NCBI GenBank assembly: GCA_964565225.1
Contig: CAZMEL010000008.1
Span: forward strand, 1,876 to 65,875
Length of the DNA stretch: 64,000 nt
Direction of reading: 5' to 3'
DNA from: an uncultured Thermoanaerobaculia bacterium
GTDB lineage: Bacteria > Acidobacteriota > Thermoanaerobaculia > Multivoradales > J023
Shown here: positions 1 to 8,920 of the stretch, one piece after another
Layout: every line of letters starts with the position of its first letter
Position numbering within the stretch: position 1 is the first letter of the stretch
The notes under the pieces: generated by a model
Seen by the model: only the letters and a program-made list of their open reading frames with translations
What the model was told of the DNA's origin: nothing
Database searches by the model: none
Translations under genes and position numbers: made by a program

Positions 1-1478
1 CCGTTTTCGTAGCGCTTGCGTTCGGCATCCAGGTTGCGACGCTCCAGCTTGCTCGATACCCGGGCCGAATCGATCTGTTTGGCCGCGGTTTCCACACCAC
101 GGGCGGCGCGGCGCACCTCGGTGAGCACCTGCAGCTCCAGCTGCTGCATCTGCGCCGAGCCCTGATCCGCGGCGAGCTCGGCCTGGGCGAGCTGGGCCTT
201 GGCCACCGTGTTCTGCAGCGGGTAGGCGAAGGTCAGCCCGACCGCCCATCCCGGGAAATCGTTGCCGGTGATCTGGTCGAAGGTGTCGGAATACCCGCCG
301 GGCTCGACCAGACCACCGGTTTCGCGGTCGAAGAGATCGCCGTCGAGACCGTTGAACCCATAGGTGGCGCTCACGTCGAGGCGAGGCTTCAACTGGTTGC
401 GCGCCACCTGGGCCCGAATGCCGAGAGAGTCGTTGCTCAACATCTGTTGTTTGACGTCGGGCCGGTTGGCCAGGGCGGTATCGACCGCGGATCGCACATC
501 GATCGGCTCGTGGGCGATCTCCGGATCCGTCACCGGGAAGATCTCGAGATCCCACATCAGGCCCCGATTCAGGTTCAGGAGCTGGCGTAGGGTGTCGGCC
601 CGGTCCTCGACATCGGCCCGGCGGCGGATGATGTCTTCTTCGCGACTGGCGACGCCGGCCTCGCTCTGGACCAGCTCCAGCGGGGCCAGGGTTCCGACCT
701 CCACCTGGATCCGGTTCATGCCGTCGAGCTCTTTGGCCAGGGTCAGGCTCTCCTCGGCCACCTTGAGCTGCTCTCGGGCCTCGACCAGACCCCAGTACGA
801 ATCGATCACCTGGGAGATCACGGTCTCGACCTGGATCTGGAAGGTCTCACGGCTGATGCCGCTGTCGTTGCGCGCAATGAGCAGGTTTTGCTCGGTGACC
901 GTGCGGCCGAAGTTGCGCAGCAGGGGTTGCACGAATTCGAAATCGAGACCGATAGCGAACAGCGGGTTGATCGTCCGGGCCCGGTCGGAGAATTCCTGGC
1001 GACTGTTGTTGAAGCTCAGGGTACCGGTACCGCCGAACGGAGTCAGCCGCGACAGGGAGTTGTTGAACACCAGGCGGTCGGTCACGTCGGCTTCGCCGCC
1101 GGTCTGCTGCAGCACGGACGTCGGCGGAGACTCGTCGCTGTCGGCCCCGAGGAACGATTCGAGGTTGAAGTCGTAGATTCCCGTGGCTTCGGTGATTCCC
1201 AGCAGCGACCGACTGCGGTTGTATCGCTCCACCTGGAGCAGGAGATTCCGCTTCAGGGCGATCTCGATCGCGTCGGTCAGGCTGAGGGCCACCGCCTCTC
1301 CCTCTTTGGCGAGCCCGAGATCGTCGATCGTTTCGATCGTCTCGATGTCCAGGTCGCCGGAAATCGTGGTGGGGACTTCGGTGGCGGCGACCGCCCCCGG
1401 CAGGCAAAGAAGAATCAGCCCGATCACGGCTCCGAGCGGGCGGAGACGGTGCGGACAGTGGGTATTCGGCTGGTGCAT
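1..1478 (-). CDS. TolC-family outer membrane efflux protein (OMF), partial: C-terminus lies beyond the window start
   Basis: Reverse-complement translation from ATG 1478 (GAGAGG RBS upstream) gives MHQPNTHCPHRLRPLGAVIGLILLCLPGAVAATEV... This is a signal peptide followed by OEP-type repeats (LSLTDAIEIALKRNLLLQ; helical repeats with QxxLxxxRxxL pattern). Not in the ORF track because it runs off the window edge. Confidence 0.75.
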   Translation of the reverse strand, partial: MHQPNTHCPHRLRPLGAVIGLILLCLPGAVAATEVPTTISGDLDIETIETIDDLGLAKEGEAVALSLTDAIEIALKRNLLLQVERYNRSRSLLGITEATGIYDFNLESFLGADSDESPPTSVLQQTGGEADVTDRLVFNNSLSRLTPFGGTGTLSFNNSRQEFSDRARTINPLFAIGLDFEFVQPLLRNFGRTVTEQNLLIARNDSGISRETFQIQVETVISQVIDSYWGLVEAREQLKVAEESLTLAKELDGMNRIQVEVGTLAPLELVQSEAGVASREEDIIRRRADVEDRADTLRQLLNLNRGLMWDLEIFPVTDPEIAHEPIDVRSAVDTALANRPDVKQQMLSNDSLGIRAQVARNQLKPRLDVSATYGFNGLDGDLFDRETGGLVEPGGYSDTFDQITGNDFPGWAVGLTFAYPLQNTVAKAQLAQAELAADQGSAQMQQLELQVLTEVRRAARGVETAAKQIDSARVSSKLERRNLDAERKRYEN

Positions 1479-1574
1479 CCTCTCAAATTCCTTTACTTCA
1501 GCGTCCTCCGCGCGGCGGCGGCCGGCGGAGGAAGTCGTTGGCCTCGCTGAGATTACGTGGATCGACTCCAAAAG

Positions 1575-2603
1575 TTACCGCGAAACGCTCCGGCGACCCT
1601 CGCCGAGCCCTTCGCCGAGCAGTTTCGCCTCCTTCTCCAAGGGATGGAAACAAGCGGCGAGGTGACCGTCTGTCTCCCCTTCGAGCTCGGGCGGCCGCCG
1701 CTGGCAGAAGGCCAATTTCTCTGAGTCTCCCTGGGCCTGCCGACAACGGGGGTGAAACGCGCAGCCGGGTGGAGGTGAGAGAGGACTCGCCGGTTCCCCC
1801 GACACCATACCCCGACTCCGTGCTCGCGCCGGATCGAGCCGCGGCACCGACTCTAACAAGGCCGCGGTGTAGGGATGCCGAGGAGCTTCGAGAATCGCTT
1901 GCCTGGGCCCCAGCTCCACGATCTTCCCGAGATAGACCACGGCGACCCGATCGGCGACCTGGTCGACGACGGCGAGATCGTGGCTGATCAGGACCATGGT
2001 CAGGCCCATCCGCTCCCGGAGGTCGACCAACAGCTGGAGAATCTGCGCCCGGACCGAGACATCGAGAGCCGAAACCGGCTCGTCGAGCACCAAGAGCTCG
2101 GGTTCCGTGGCCAGTGCTCGGGCGATTCCCAATCGCTGGCGTTGTCCACCGGAGAGCTGGTGAGGATACCTCGCGCTCAAGGAGGGAGCAAGACCGACCC
2201 GATCGAGCAGCTCCGCGACCCGGCCGGGAATCTCTCGTCGAGCCGCCAGTCGGTGGACCTGCAGCGGCTCCGCCAGGATGCTCTCCACCCGCTGCCGGGG
2301 ATCGAAGGCTTCGCTGTTGCCCTGGAAGACCATCTGGAATCTGCGCCGAAGCTGTCGCAGCTCCTTCGGGGCCAGGGTCGCGAGGTCGTTGCCGGCAAAG
2401 ACCACCCGACCGGCGTCGAGCTCGTAGAGCCCGAGAATACAGCGTGCCAGGGTGGTCTTGCCGCTGCCGGACTCCCCCACCAGGGCCAGGCACTCCCCGC
2501 GACGCACCTCCAGGTCGACCTCCGCCACGGCGCGCACCTCCCGGCGATCGAGGCGGAACGACTTGCTCACCCCTTCGATCCGGAGCAGTGCCTCGGAGGT
2601 CAT
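1575..2603 (-). CDS. Oligopeptide/dipeptide-type ABC transporter ATP-binding protein (OppF/DppF-like)
   Basis: Walker A GESGSGKTT, signature LSGGQRQR, Walker B LLVLDEP, H-loop ISHDL. C-terminal Opp-type extension with Cys cluster (CAFHPRC...C...C). Confidence 0.9.
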   Translation of the reverse strand: MTSEALLRIEGVSKSFRLDRREVRAVAEVDLEVRRGECLALVGESGSGKTTLARCILGLYELDAGRVVFAGNDLATLAPKELRQLRRRFQMVFQGNSEAFDPRQRVESILAEPLQVHRLAARREIPGRVAELLDRVGLAPSLSARYPHQLSGGQRQRLGIARALATEPELLVLDEPVSALDVSVRAQILQLLVDLRERMGLTMVLISHDLAVVDQVADRVAVVYLGKIVELGPRQAILEAPRHPYTAALLESVPRLDPARARSRGMVSGEPASPLSPPPGCAFHPRCRQAQGDSEKLAFCQRRPPELEGETDGHLAACFHPLEKEAKLLGEGLGEGRRSVSR

Positions 2604-3661
2604 CTCGTCTCCTCGTCGAGCACCGGATGCCAGCAGCGGAAGCTCCGGCGCCCGGCCCCGCCTCCCACGATCTGCTCCCCGGGCTCGTCTCGACGACAGC
2701 GTTCGTCGGCACGGGGGCAGCGAGGAGCGAAGGTACAGCCCGGCGGTAGCTGCCCGAGCTCCGGCACCCGGCCCGGGATCCCGCGCGCCGCCGTACCGCT
2801 GCCGATCCGGGGCACCGCGCCGAGCAGGCCCTGCGTGTACGGGTGTGCGGGGCGGCGAAAGACCGAGCGCACCTCTCCCTCTTCCACCACCTGCCCGGCG
2901 TACATCACCGCCAGGCGCTCGCAGTTCTCGGCGACCAGGGCGAGGTCGTGGGTGATCAACAGCACCGTGAGCCCCAAACGCTCCCGCAGATCCTGGAGCA
3001 GCTCGAGAACCTGTGCCTGGACGGTGACGTCGAGAGCGGTGGTGGGCTCGTCGGCCAGCAGGAGGTCGGGCTCGCAGGCGAGGGCCATGGCGATCATGAT
3101 CCGCTGCAGCTGGCCGCCGCTGAGCTGGTGCGGATAGCTCTGCAACCGGCGCCGGGGCTCGGCGATCGCTACCGTCTCCAGGAGATGCTCGGCCCGCTCC
3201 CTAGCCTCGCGGCGCCCCAGGTCGCGATGTCGCCGCAGGGTCTCCACCAGCTGCCGTCCCACCGAGAGCACGGGATTCAGGGCCGCGGTAGGCTCCTGGA
3301 AGATCATCGCCACGCGGCGCCCCCGCAGGCGCCGCCATTCCTGCGGTGCCAGGGCCATCAGATTCCCGGAGCCCCGCAGATGGATCTCGCCCCGGGTCCG
3401 CTCTCCACCCGCTGGCAGCAGATCGAGAAGGGCCAGGGCGGTCAGGCTCTTGCCACAGCCCGACTCCCCCACCAGGGCCGTCATCTCTCCCGCCCGCGCC
3501 TCGAAGGAAACACCGCGCAGCACGGGGGCCCAGGAGCCTGCCTGCCGGAAGCCCACTTCCAGGTCGTGCACGCGGAGCAAGACCTCCGGCTCGAGGCCGG
3601 GGCATGGGGCCCGGGTCCCCGCAAACGGATCTGGGGAGTCTCCTGCTCGAGTTTCTGGCAT
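2600..3661 (-). CDS. Oligopeptide/dipeptide-type ABC transporter ATP-binding protein (OppD/DppD-like)
   Basis: Walker A GESGCGKS, signature LSGGQLQR, Walker B LLLADEP, ITHDL. C-terminal Cys-rich Opp-type extension. 4-bp ATGA overlap with the downstream ATPase gene. Confidence 0.9.
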   Translation of the reverse strand: MPETRAGDSPDPFAGTRAPCPGLEPEVLLRVHDLEVGFRQAGSWAPVLRGVSFEARAGEMTALVGESGCGKSLTALALLDLLPAGGERTRGEIHLRGSGNLMALAPQEWRRLRGRRVAMIFQEPTAALNPVLSVGRQLVETLRRHRDLGRREARERAEHLLETVAIAEPRRRLQSYPHQLSGGQLQRIMIAMALACEPDLLLADEPTTALDVTVQAQVLELLQDLRERLGLTVLLITHDLALVAENCERLAVMYAGQVVEEGEVRSVFRRPAHPYTQGLLGAVPRIGSGTAARGIPGRVPELGQLPPGCTFAPRCPRADERCRRDEPGEQIVGGGAGRRSFRCWHPVLDEETR

Positions 3662-3776
3662 GGTTTGGTGGTCGGAATCCGTCCCGATGAGCTATGTTAT
3701 ACGTATCCTTGCGAGGTCTGGCAGTCCCGACGCCGGGTTGCCGCGAACTCTGGCCCGTCCCGAACGATCGAGAAAT

Positions 3777-5801
3777 ATGTCCAAATCCGTGATCGAGCAC
3801 CTCTCCCGCGGTGTCTTCGCATTTCTCAAGCCGGAGCCCGGCGAGATCCGTCGGGTGATTCCCAACAGCCACGACGTGCTCCCCGAGCCTCGGAGCATCT
3901 TCCTCGAAGACGAGAGCGCGACCCCGCTGATCGGTTTCCCGATCCTGCTCAGCCCGCAGCTCCAGGTTCTGGAAGATGCTCTGACCGGCTATCTGCAGGC
4001 CGAGACGGAAGCCCAATGCGCCTACCTCAAACGGCAGCCCTTCGACAGCCGAGCCTATGCTGCCCGCTGGGAACGATACCGGACCCTTCTCGAAAAAGTG
4101 CTCGAGCATGCCACTACCTCGAGCCCGGGTGGCGACTTTCCGGCCATCTTCTGGCTCCATCACTCCTCGGCGGTTTCGCGTTTCGTCCAGGAGATCCCGA
4201 AACGCCTGCGCCGAGCGGATCTGAACCTGGGCCGAGACCACGGCGACAGCGTCAAGTACAAGGTGTATCTGCGCTGGGTCGACCGGGTGGTGACTCTCAA
4301 CTTCGATGTCGCCAACCGGATCGCCCGCGAGGTCGACGCCGGGGAAGAGGCCTTGTTCCCGTCTCTCCTCGCCACCATGCGCGACAACCTGCTGATCTTC
4401 ACCGAAGACTACGTGAGCCCCGATCTCTCGGAGCTCACCAGCTATTTCAACGGCTGCCTGGACCAGGACGGGCGGGATCTCCGGCAGCGACTCGCCCAGA
4501 CCGAGGAATGGAATCGCCAGCAGCTGACCGTCGATCCGCTGCTGCGGGCGGCCGTCACCGAGCTCCTCGAGGTCGATCTCGGCGACGACAGCCGCAGCCT
4601 GCTGACCCGGTCGGGCTACGCGGGTTTCCTCAGCCGGCATCCGGCCTACGACTCCGGAAGCCTCCTCTCCGATGCCCAGGTCAAGGTCTGGGAAGGGCTT
4701 CTGGTCAAGCTGAAGGAATTCGAGCTGCTGCGGGCCCTGCGCAAGATGGTGGTGCCCCTCGAGAAAGAAGAGGGTGGCCTGGTTTGCCGCGACCGCAGTA
4801 TGAATACCACCTGGGTCGGTGGGCCTTCGGTGCTGCGTCCCTCTCCTGCGACCCGCCCTCTCGATTTCATGTCACCGTGGGTGGTCAACCCGCTGGTCCA
4901 GCGTTTCGGCCTGGTGTACGACATTACCGACTTCTCCGCCACCATCTCCCTGCTGGGAAAAGTCGAGAAATCGGCCCTGGAAAACGCCTTTCGCATGTCG
5001 GCGGCTTTCCAGGGCAAGATCAACCGACTCGCCACCAATCTCGGCCTGCGGCTCGAAAAGTATCTCGGAGACGGAGCCTTTTATTCGGGACGCCAGGCCC
5101 GCAGCATGCTGGCGATGGCGATCCACCTGCAGCGCACCTATCCGAAATTCGTCGCCGACGGATTTCCGTTCGATCGCGGATTGCGCCTCGCCCTGAACTT
5201 CGGGGAATACCGGCTCCTCCCCTTGAGTGAGGGAGGCCCTGGCGGCCAGCCGCGCTACGAGTACTTCGGCCATGGATTGGTCGAGCTGTCGCGCCTCTCG
5301 ACGGGCAAGAAGACCCAGGAGATCGACGACTTCAAGACCTACCTGATCAACAACGGGTACCCCGAGGCTGTGGTGAACAAGTTCTTCGCTCCGATGCAGC
5401 GCCGGAGCACCGATCTCGCCAACCCGGAGCAGGAGTCCCGGCCCTTTTTCGCCTACATCAACCAGAACGGCACCCTGATCAACGAAGGGATCGTGGCCAC
5501 CGAACCCTTCATCTCCCGGCTCGGGGTGTTTCCCGAGCTCTCCTACGGACGTCTCGGGCGCCGTTGGTACATCGTGGTCGAGCTCGAGGACGAGCTCGGC
5601 GAGCCCCTGCGGATCGGCTTCCGCAAGCTCGGGATCGGCAAGTTCAAGGGGCTCGATCCGCTGCCCGTCTACGAGGTGGTCGACGGTGCCGACTGGGAGC
5701 CACAGCAGCTCAAGGACATCCCATCCAACGACCTTCTCGCGGTGCTCGAGCAGCTCTTCGCCGAAACCGTCACCGCCGCTCGCAAGAGCTCTGCCCACTG
5801 A
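3777..5801 (+). CDS. Uncharacterised 674-aa protein; C-terminal half has motifs reminiscent of a class III nucleotidyl cyclase (CHD) core
   Basis: Long ORF with good codon structure and no signal peptide. Start chosen at MSKSVIEHL (116 bp from the divergent oppD start); an upstream in-frame ATG at 3687 is possible. Motifs LVYDITDFSAT / KYLGDGAFY / RGLRLALNFGEY / YEYFGHGLVELSRL appear in the same order as the cyclase F.DI.GFT / IGD.YM / RIGIH.G / GDTVN.ASR elements. Confidence 0.7.
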   Translation: MSKSVIEHLSRGVFAFLKPEPGEIRRVIPNSHDVLPEPRSIFLEDESATPLIGFPILLSPQLQVLEDALTGYLQAETEAQCAYLKRQPFDSRAYAARWERYRTLLEKVLEHATTSSPGGDFPAIFWLHHSSAVSRFVQEIPKRLRRADLNLGRDHGDSVKYKVYLRWVDRVVTLNFDVANRIAREVDAGEEALFPSLLATMRDNLLIFTEDYVSPDLSELTSYFNGCLDQDGRDLRQRLAQTEEWNRQQLTVDPLLRAAVTELLEVDLGDDSRSLLTRSGYAGFLSRHPAYDSGSLLSDAQVKVWEGLLVKLKEFELLRALRKMVVPLEKEEGGLVCRDRSMNTTWVGGPSVLRPSPATRPLDFMSPWVVNPLVQRFGLVYDITDFSATISLLGKVEKSALENAFRMSAAFQGKINRLATNLGLRLEKYLGDGAFYSGRQARSMLAMAIHLQRTYPKFVADGFPFDRGLRLALNFGEYRLLPLSEGGPGGQPRYEYFGHGLVELSRLSTGKKTQEIDDFKTYLINNGYPEAVVNKFFAPMQRRSTDLANPEQESRPFFAYINQNGTLINEGIVATEPFISRLGVFPELSYGRLGRRWYIVVELEDELGEPLRIGFRKLGIGKFKGLDPLPVYEVVDGADWEPQQLKDIPSNDLLAVLEQLFAETVTAARKSSAH

Positions 5802-5860
5802 GGCTCCGCTCCGACGACCGGAGGGGGCCTTCTCAACCCAACCCATAGGACTGAACCCGC

Positions 5861-6754
5861 ATGACCCAAGCAGTCTGGCAGACCGAGATTCCCGAGCTTC
5901 CTGCACCCAAACGAGGCAAAGTCCGTGACATCTACGATCTCGGAGAGCATCTCCTGATCGTCTCGTGTGACCGGATCTCGGCCTACGACCACGTCTTGCA
6001 ACCCGGCATTCCCGGGAAGGGCAAGATCCTCAACCAGCTGACCAACTTCTGGTTCGAAACACTCGGCGACGTGGTGCCGAACCACCTCGTGGCGACCGAG
6101 GTGGCGGACTTTCCGACCCGGCTGAAGCCCCACGCCGAGATCCTCGCCGGCCGTTCGGTGGTGGTGCACAAAGCCCGGGTCGTGCCCTTCGAATGTGTCG
6201 CCCGAGGTTTTCTCGCCGGTAGTGCCTTCAAGGAATACAAACGCGCCGGCACCACCTGCGGCATTCCTCTGCCGGAAGGCCTGGTGCGGGCCCAGCGGCT
6301 CCCCGAGGCCATCTTCACCCCGGCCACCAAGGCGGAGTCCGGTCACGACGAGAACGTGGACTACGCCACCCTGGTGGCCGGAGTCGGCGAGGAGCTCGCG
6401 GCCCGGCTCCGCGATCTCACTCTCGAGATCTACTCTCGGGGTGTCGATCACGCCGCGGAGCGTGGCCTGCTCCTGGCGGATACCAAGTTCGAGTTCGGGC
6501 AACACCGGGGCGAGCTGCTGCTGATCGACGAGGTGTTGACACCGGATTCTTCCCGCTATTGGGACGCCGAGGCCTGGACGCCCGGGGTCGAGCCCGTCTC
6601 CTTCGACAAACAATACGTGCGCAACTGGCTCGACGGAGCCGGCTGGGACCACGAGGCACCGCCGCCCGAGCTGCCCGACGACGTTGTCGAAGGCACCCTC
6701 GCACGGTACGTGGAAGCCTTCCGGCGGATCGCCGGTCGCGATCCCGAGCTCTGA
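5861..6754 (+). CDS. purC: Phosphoribosylaminoimidazole-succinocarboxamide synthase (SAICAR synthetase, long form)
   Basis: GKVRDIYD, DRISAYD and LLADTKFEFG motifs; length ~297 aa typical of long-form PurC. Confidence 0.9.
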   Translation: MTQAVWQTEIPELPAPKRGKVRDIYDLGEHLLIVSCDRISAYDHVLQPGIPGKGKILNQLTNFWFETLGDVVPNHLVATEVADFPTRLKPHAEILAGRSVVVHKARVVPFECVARGFLAGSAFKEYKRAGTTCGIPLPEGLVRAQRLPEAIFTPATKAESGHDENVDYATLVAGVGEELAARLRDLTLEIYSRGVDHAAERGLLLADTKFEFGQHRGELLLIDEVLTPDSSRYWDAEAWTPGVEPVSFDKQYVRNWLDGAGWDHEAPPPELPDDVVEGTLARYVEAFRRIAGRDPEL

Positions 6755-6802
6755 GCCCGGAACGGCGGCTGCCCCCGGCCGTTCGCGCCGGGGCAACGGC
6801 TC

Positions 6803-8176
6803 TCAGAAGCCCTGGGCGTCGCCGTGGTGGCGGTCGAGGTTCTTGAAGGTGGTGTTCTCGCCGAGAAAGACCAGCTCCACGGTGCCGGTCTCGCCCTGGC
6901 GGTGTTTCGAGACGATCAGCTCCGCCAGACCCTTGTTGTCGGGATCGTCCCTGTTGTAGATCTCGTCCCGGTAGACGAAACACACCATGTCGGCGTCTTG
7001 CTCGATCGACCCGCTGTCGCGCAGGTCGGCGAGCTGAGGCCGGTGGTCGCCGGCCCGTCGTTCGGGTTGACGGGACAGCTGGGAAAGGGCGACCACCGGG
7101 ATCTCGACCTCCTTCGCCAGCTGCTTGAGACCGCGACTGATGGCCGCGATCTCCAGCTGGCGCGACTCGAACTTCCCGCCCGCCTGCATCAACTGGAGGT
7201 AATCGACGATCAGGAGCTCCAACCCCTTCTCCGCCCGCAGCCGCCGCGCCTTCGAGGCGATTTCGAGCAGGGAGGGATTGGGGGAGTCGTCGATGTAGAT
7301 CGGCGCTTCCGTGGTGCGGCGAATGGTGTCGTAGAGGCGCTCCCACTGCGACTCCGAGAGACGCCCGGAGCGCAGGTTGCCGAAGGCCAGATCGGCCTCG
7401 GACGAAAGGATTCTCTGGGCGAGCTCCGAGGCTCCCATTTCGAGAGAGAAGATCCCCACCGCCTTGCCTTCGCGGATGGCCACGTGCTGTGCCACGTTGA
7501 CCGCAAAGCTGGTCTTGCCCATACCCGGGCGCCCGGCGATGATCACCAGGGTTCCCTTGCCCAGGCCCTGGGTCATCCGGTCCCAGTCGTAGAAACCCGT
7601 CGGTAGGCCCAGCATACCGCTGCTGCGCTCTTCGATCGCCGCGATGGTCTCTTCGTAGATCAGGTTGAGGGGAGCAAATCCCTTCTGGACCGCCTCTTCG
7701 CCGAGCCCGAAGATCTTCTCCTCCGCCTCCCCCAGGGCGGTGGCCGCGTCGAGGCCTCCTTCCAGGCAGCCATGGCTGATCTCCTGGCAGACCATCACCA
7801 GGCGACGGCGCACCGAGCGTTCCTTGACGATCTCGGTGTAGGCGTCGATCCGGCCCAGGTCGGGCAGGTCGAGGTCGAGGCCGGCGATGTAGGAGAGGCC
7901 GCCGACCCGTTCGAACGTTCCCTTCAGCTCCAGGTGGGCCTGCAGGGTCCGCAGGTCGATCTCGGTGCCTCCGGCCTGGAGATCGAGCATCGCCTGGTAG
8001 AGGATCTGGTTGCGTTCCTGGAAGAAATCTTCGGCCTGCAGTCGCCCGGATACCGTCGCCAGCACATGAGGGGAGAGGAAGACCGAGGCCAGAACGGCCC
8101 GTTCGGCTTCCTCGCTGTTCGGTAATACGATCGGGCCTGCCGGCATCGGTCGCTGGGAGGCGGCGGTCTTCAGCAT
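6803..8176 (-). CDS. dnaB: Replicative DNA helicase DnaB
   Basis: N-terminal DnaB domain (PNSEEAERAVLASVFL), Walker A GRPGMGKTSFA, SLEMG, LIVDYLQLM, RecA-like C-terminus. Start taken at MLKTAAS (8176); the track ORF extends upstream over a non-coding region. An alternative ATG at 8149 is possible. Confidence 0.9.
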   Translation of the reverse strand: MLKTAASQRPMPAGPIVLPNSEEAERAVLASVFLSPHVLATVSGRLQAEDFFQERNQILYQAMLDLQAGGTEIDLRTLQAHLELKGTFERVGGLSYIAGLDLDLPDLGRIDAYTEIVKERSVRRRLVMVCQEISHGCLEGGLDAATALGEAEEKIFGLGEEAVQKGFAPLNLIYEETIAAIEERSSGMLGLPTGFYDWDRMTQGLGKGTLVIIAGRPGMGKTSFAVNVAQHVAIREGKAVGIFSLEMGASELAQRILSSEADLAFGNLRSGRLSESQWERLYDTIRRTTEAPIYIDDSPNPSLLEIASKARRLRAEKGLELLIVDYLQLMQAGGKFESRQLEIAAISRGLKQLAKEVEIPVVALSQLSRQPERRAGDHRPQLADLRDSGSIEQDADMVCFVYRDEIYNRDDPDNKGLAELIVSKHRQGETGTVELVFLGENTTFKNLDRHHGDAQGF

Positions 8177-8183
8177 CGGCTTC

Positions 8184-8900
8184 TCAAGCCCCCGCGGCGC
8201 AGTCGATGGCGGTGAAATCTTCGGGGATCTCGACCGGGACCAGGGCCCGAGACAGGGGCTCCCAGGTGATCTCTCGCCATCGCACCTGCTGCGCCGTGCC
8301 GAGGTGGGTGAAGGTTCCCCCCGAATCGTCTCGGCGCCACCAGGCGACGGCCTCGCCATTCTCCACCAGGCTCCACCACTCTACTTCCCCCGCTCGCAGG
8401 GCTCCGTTCCAGAGCTGTCCGCGGGCGTCGAGAAACGAGAGATGCTCGCCGGTGCGCCGGAGATCGGCCGCCGGCTCTGCCGGCAGGCGACCGAGCAGCA
8501 GCCGCGGCAGGGCGGCCAGGGGCAGCCGGGCCAGGGGCACGAGGGCCAGGTCGTCGGTGTCGGCCGCGCGGCAGTAGGTCTTTTCGCGATGGTTCAACCA
8601 CAGGCTTCCGCCTGCCCCGTCGAGAGCCAGGGTCCACGCCTTGCGTCCCAGGGCGTCGGCAGCCTGCATGCGGTACTGCAGAGGGCTCGCCAGGTAAAGG
8701 CTCAGCTTGAAGCCCAGCTTGCCTTCCGGCCCTTCGTATTTCACGCGATAAAGTCTCTGGCTCGGGTGGGAATCCGGCGGTGCCTCCCAGGGCTCACCAC
8801 CGGACGGTGGCGGAGGAGCGAACAGCGAGCCACCACTGACACAGCCCCATGAGACCAGGAGCACAGCTCCGACCGCTGCCAGGCGGTGAATCTTCCCCAT
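8184..8900 (-). CDS. Hypothetical lipoprotein
   Basis: Signal peptide with lipobox-like LLVSWGC; no recognisable catalytic motif. Sits between the TPR gene and dnaB on the same strand. Confidence 0.55.
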   Translation of the reverse strand: MGKIHRLAAVGAVLLVSWGCVSGGSLFAPPPPSGGEPWEAPPDSHPSQRLYRVKYEGPEGKLGFKLSLYLASPLQYRMQAADALGRKAWTLALDGAGGSLWLNHREKTYCRAADTDDLALVPLARLPLAALPRLLLGRLPAEPAADLRRTGEHLSFLDARGQLWNGALRAGEVEWWSLVENGEAVAWWRRDDSGGTFTHLGTAQQVRWREITWEPLSRALVPVEIPEDFTAIDCAAGA

Positions 8901-8920
8901 GGCTCCTCGACCCGAGAACC

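Noticed and set aside
364-1550. Three overlapping track ORFs (364-1176 +, 847-1407 -, 888-1550 +)
   Set aside because: All lie within the TolC-like gene in other frames or on the opposite strand. Their translations are Arg/Pro-rich low-complexity sequence typical of GC-rich antisense ORFs, whereas the minus-strand frame from 1478 gives a clean signal peptide plus OEP motifs.
1498-5230. Long ORFs 1498-2712 -, 1875-3137 +, 2843-5230 + and 3201-4640 -
   Set aside because: They overlap the OppD/OppF genes and the 3777-5801 gene in alternative frames. Their compositions (R, P, G, A >50%) have no motifs, whereas the retained frames have Walker motifs and coherent domain structure.
6760-6784. Weak hairpin GAACGGC-N11-GCCGTTC between convergent purC and dnaB
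   Set aside because: 7-bp stem with an 11-nt loop and no U-tract; too weak to call a terminator with confidence.
4872-7346. ORFs 4872-5906 -, 5669-6796 - and 6417-7346 -, opposite purC and the 3777-5801 gene
   Set aside because: Antisense to well-supported genes (purC motifs, dnaB) and low-complexity.
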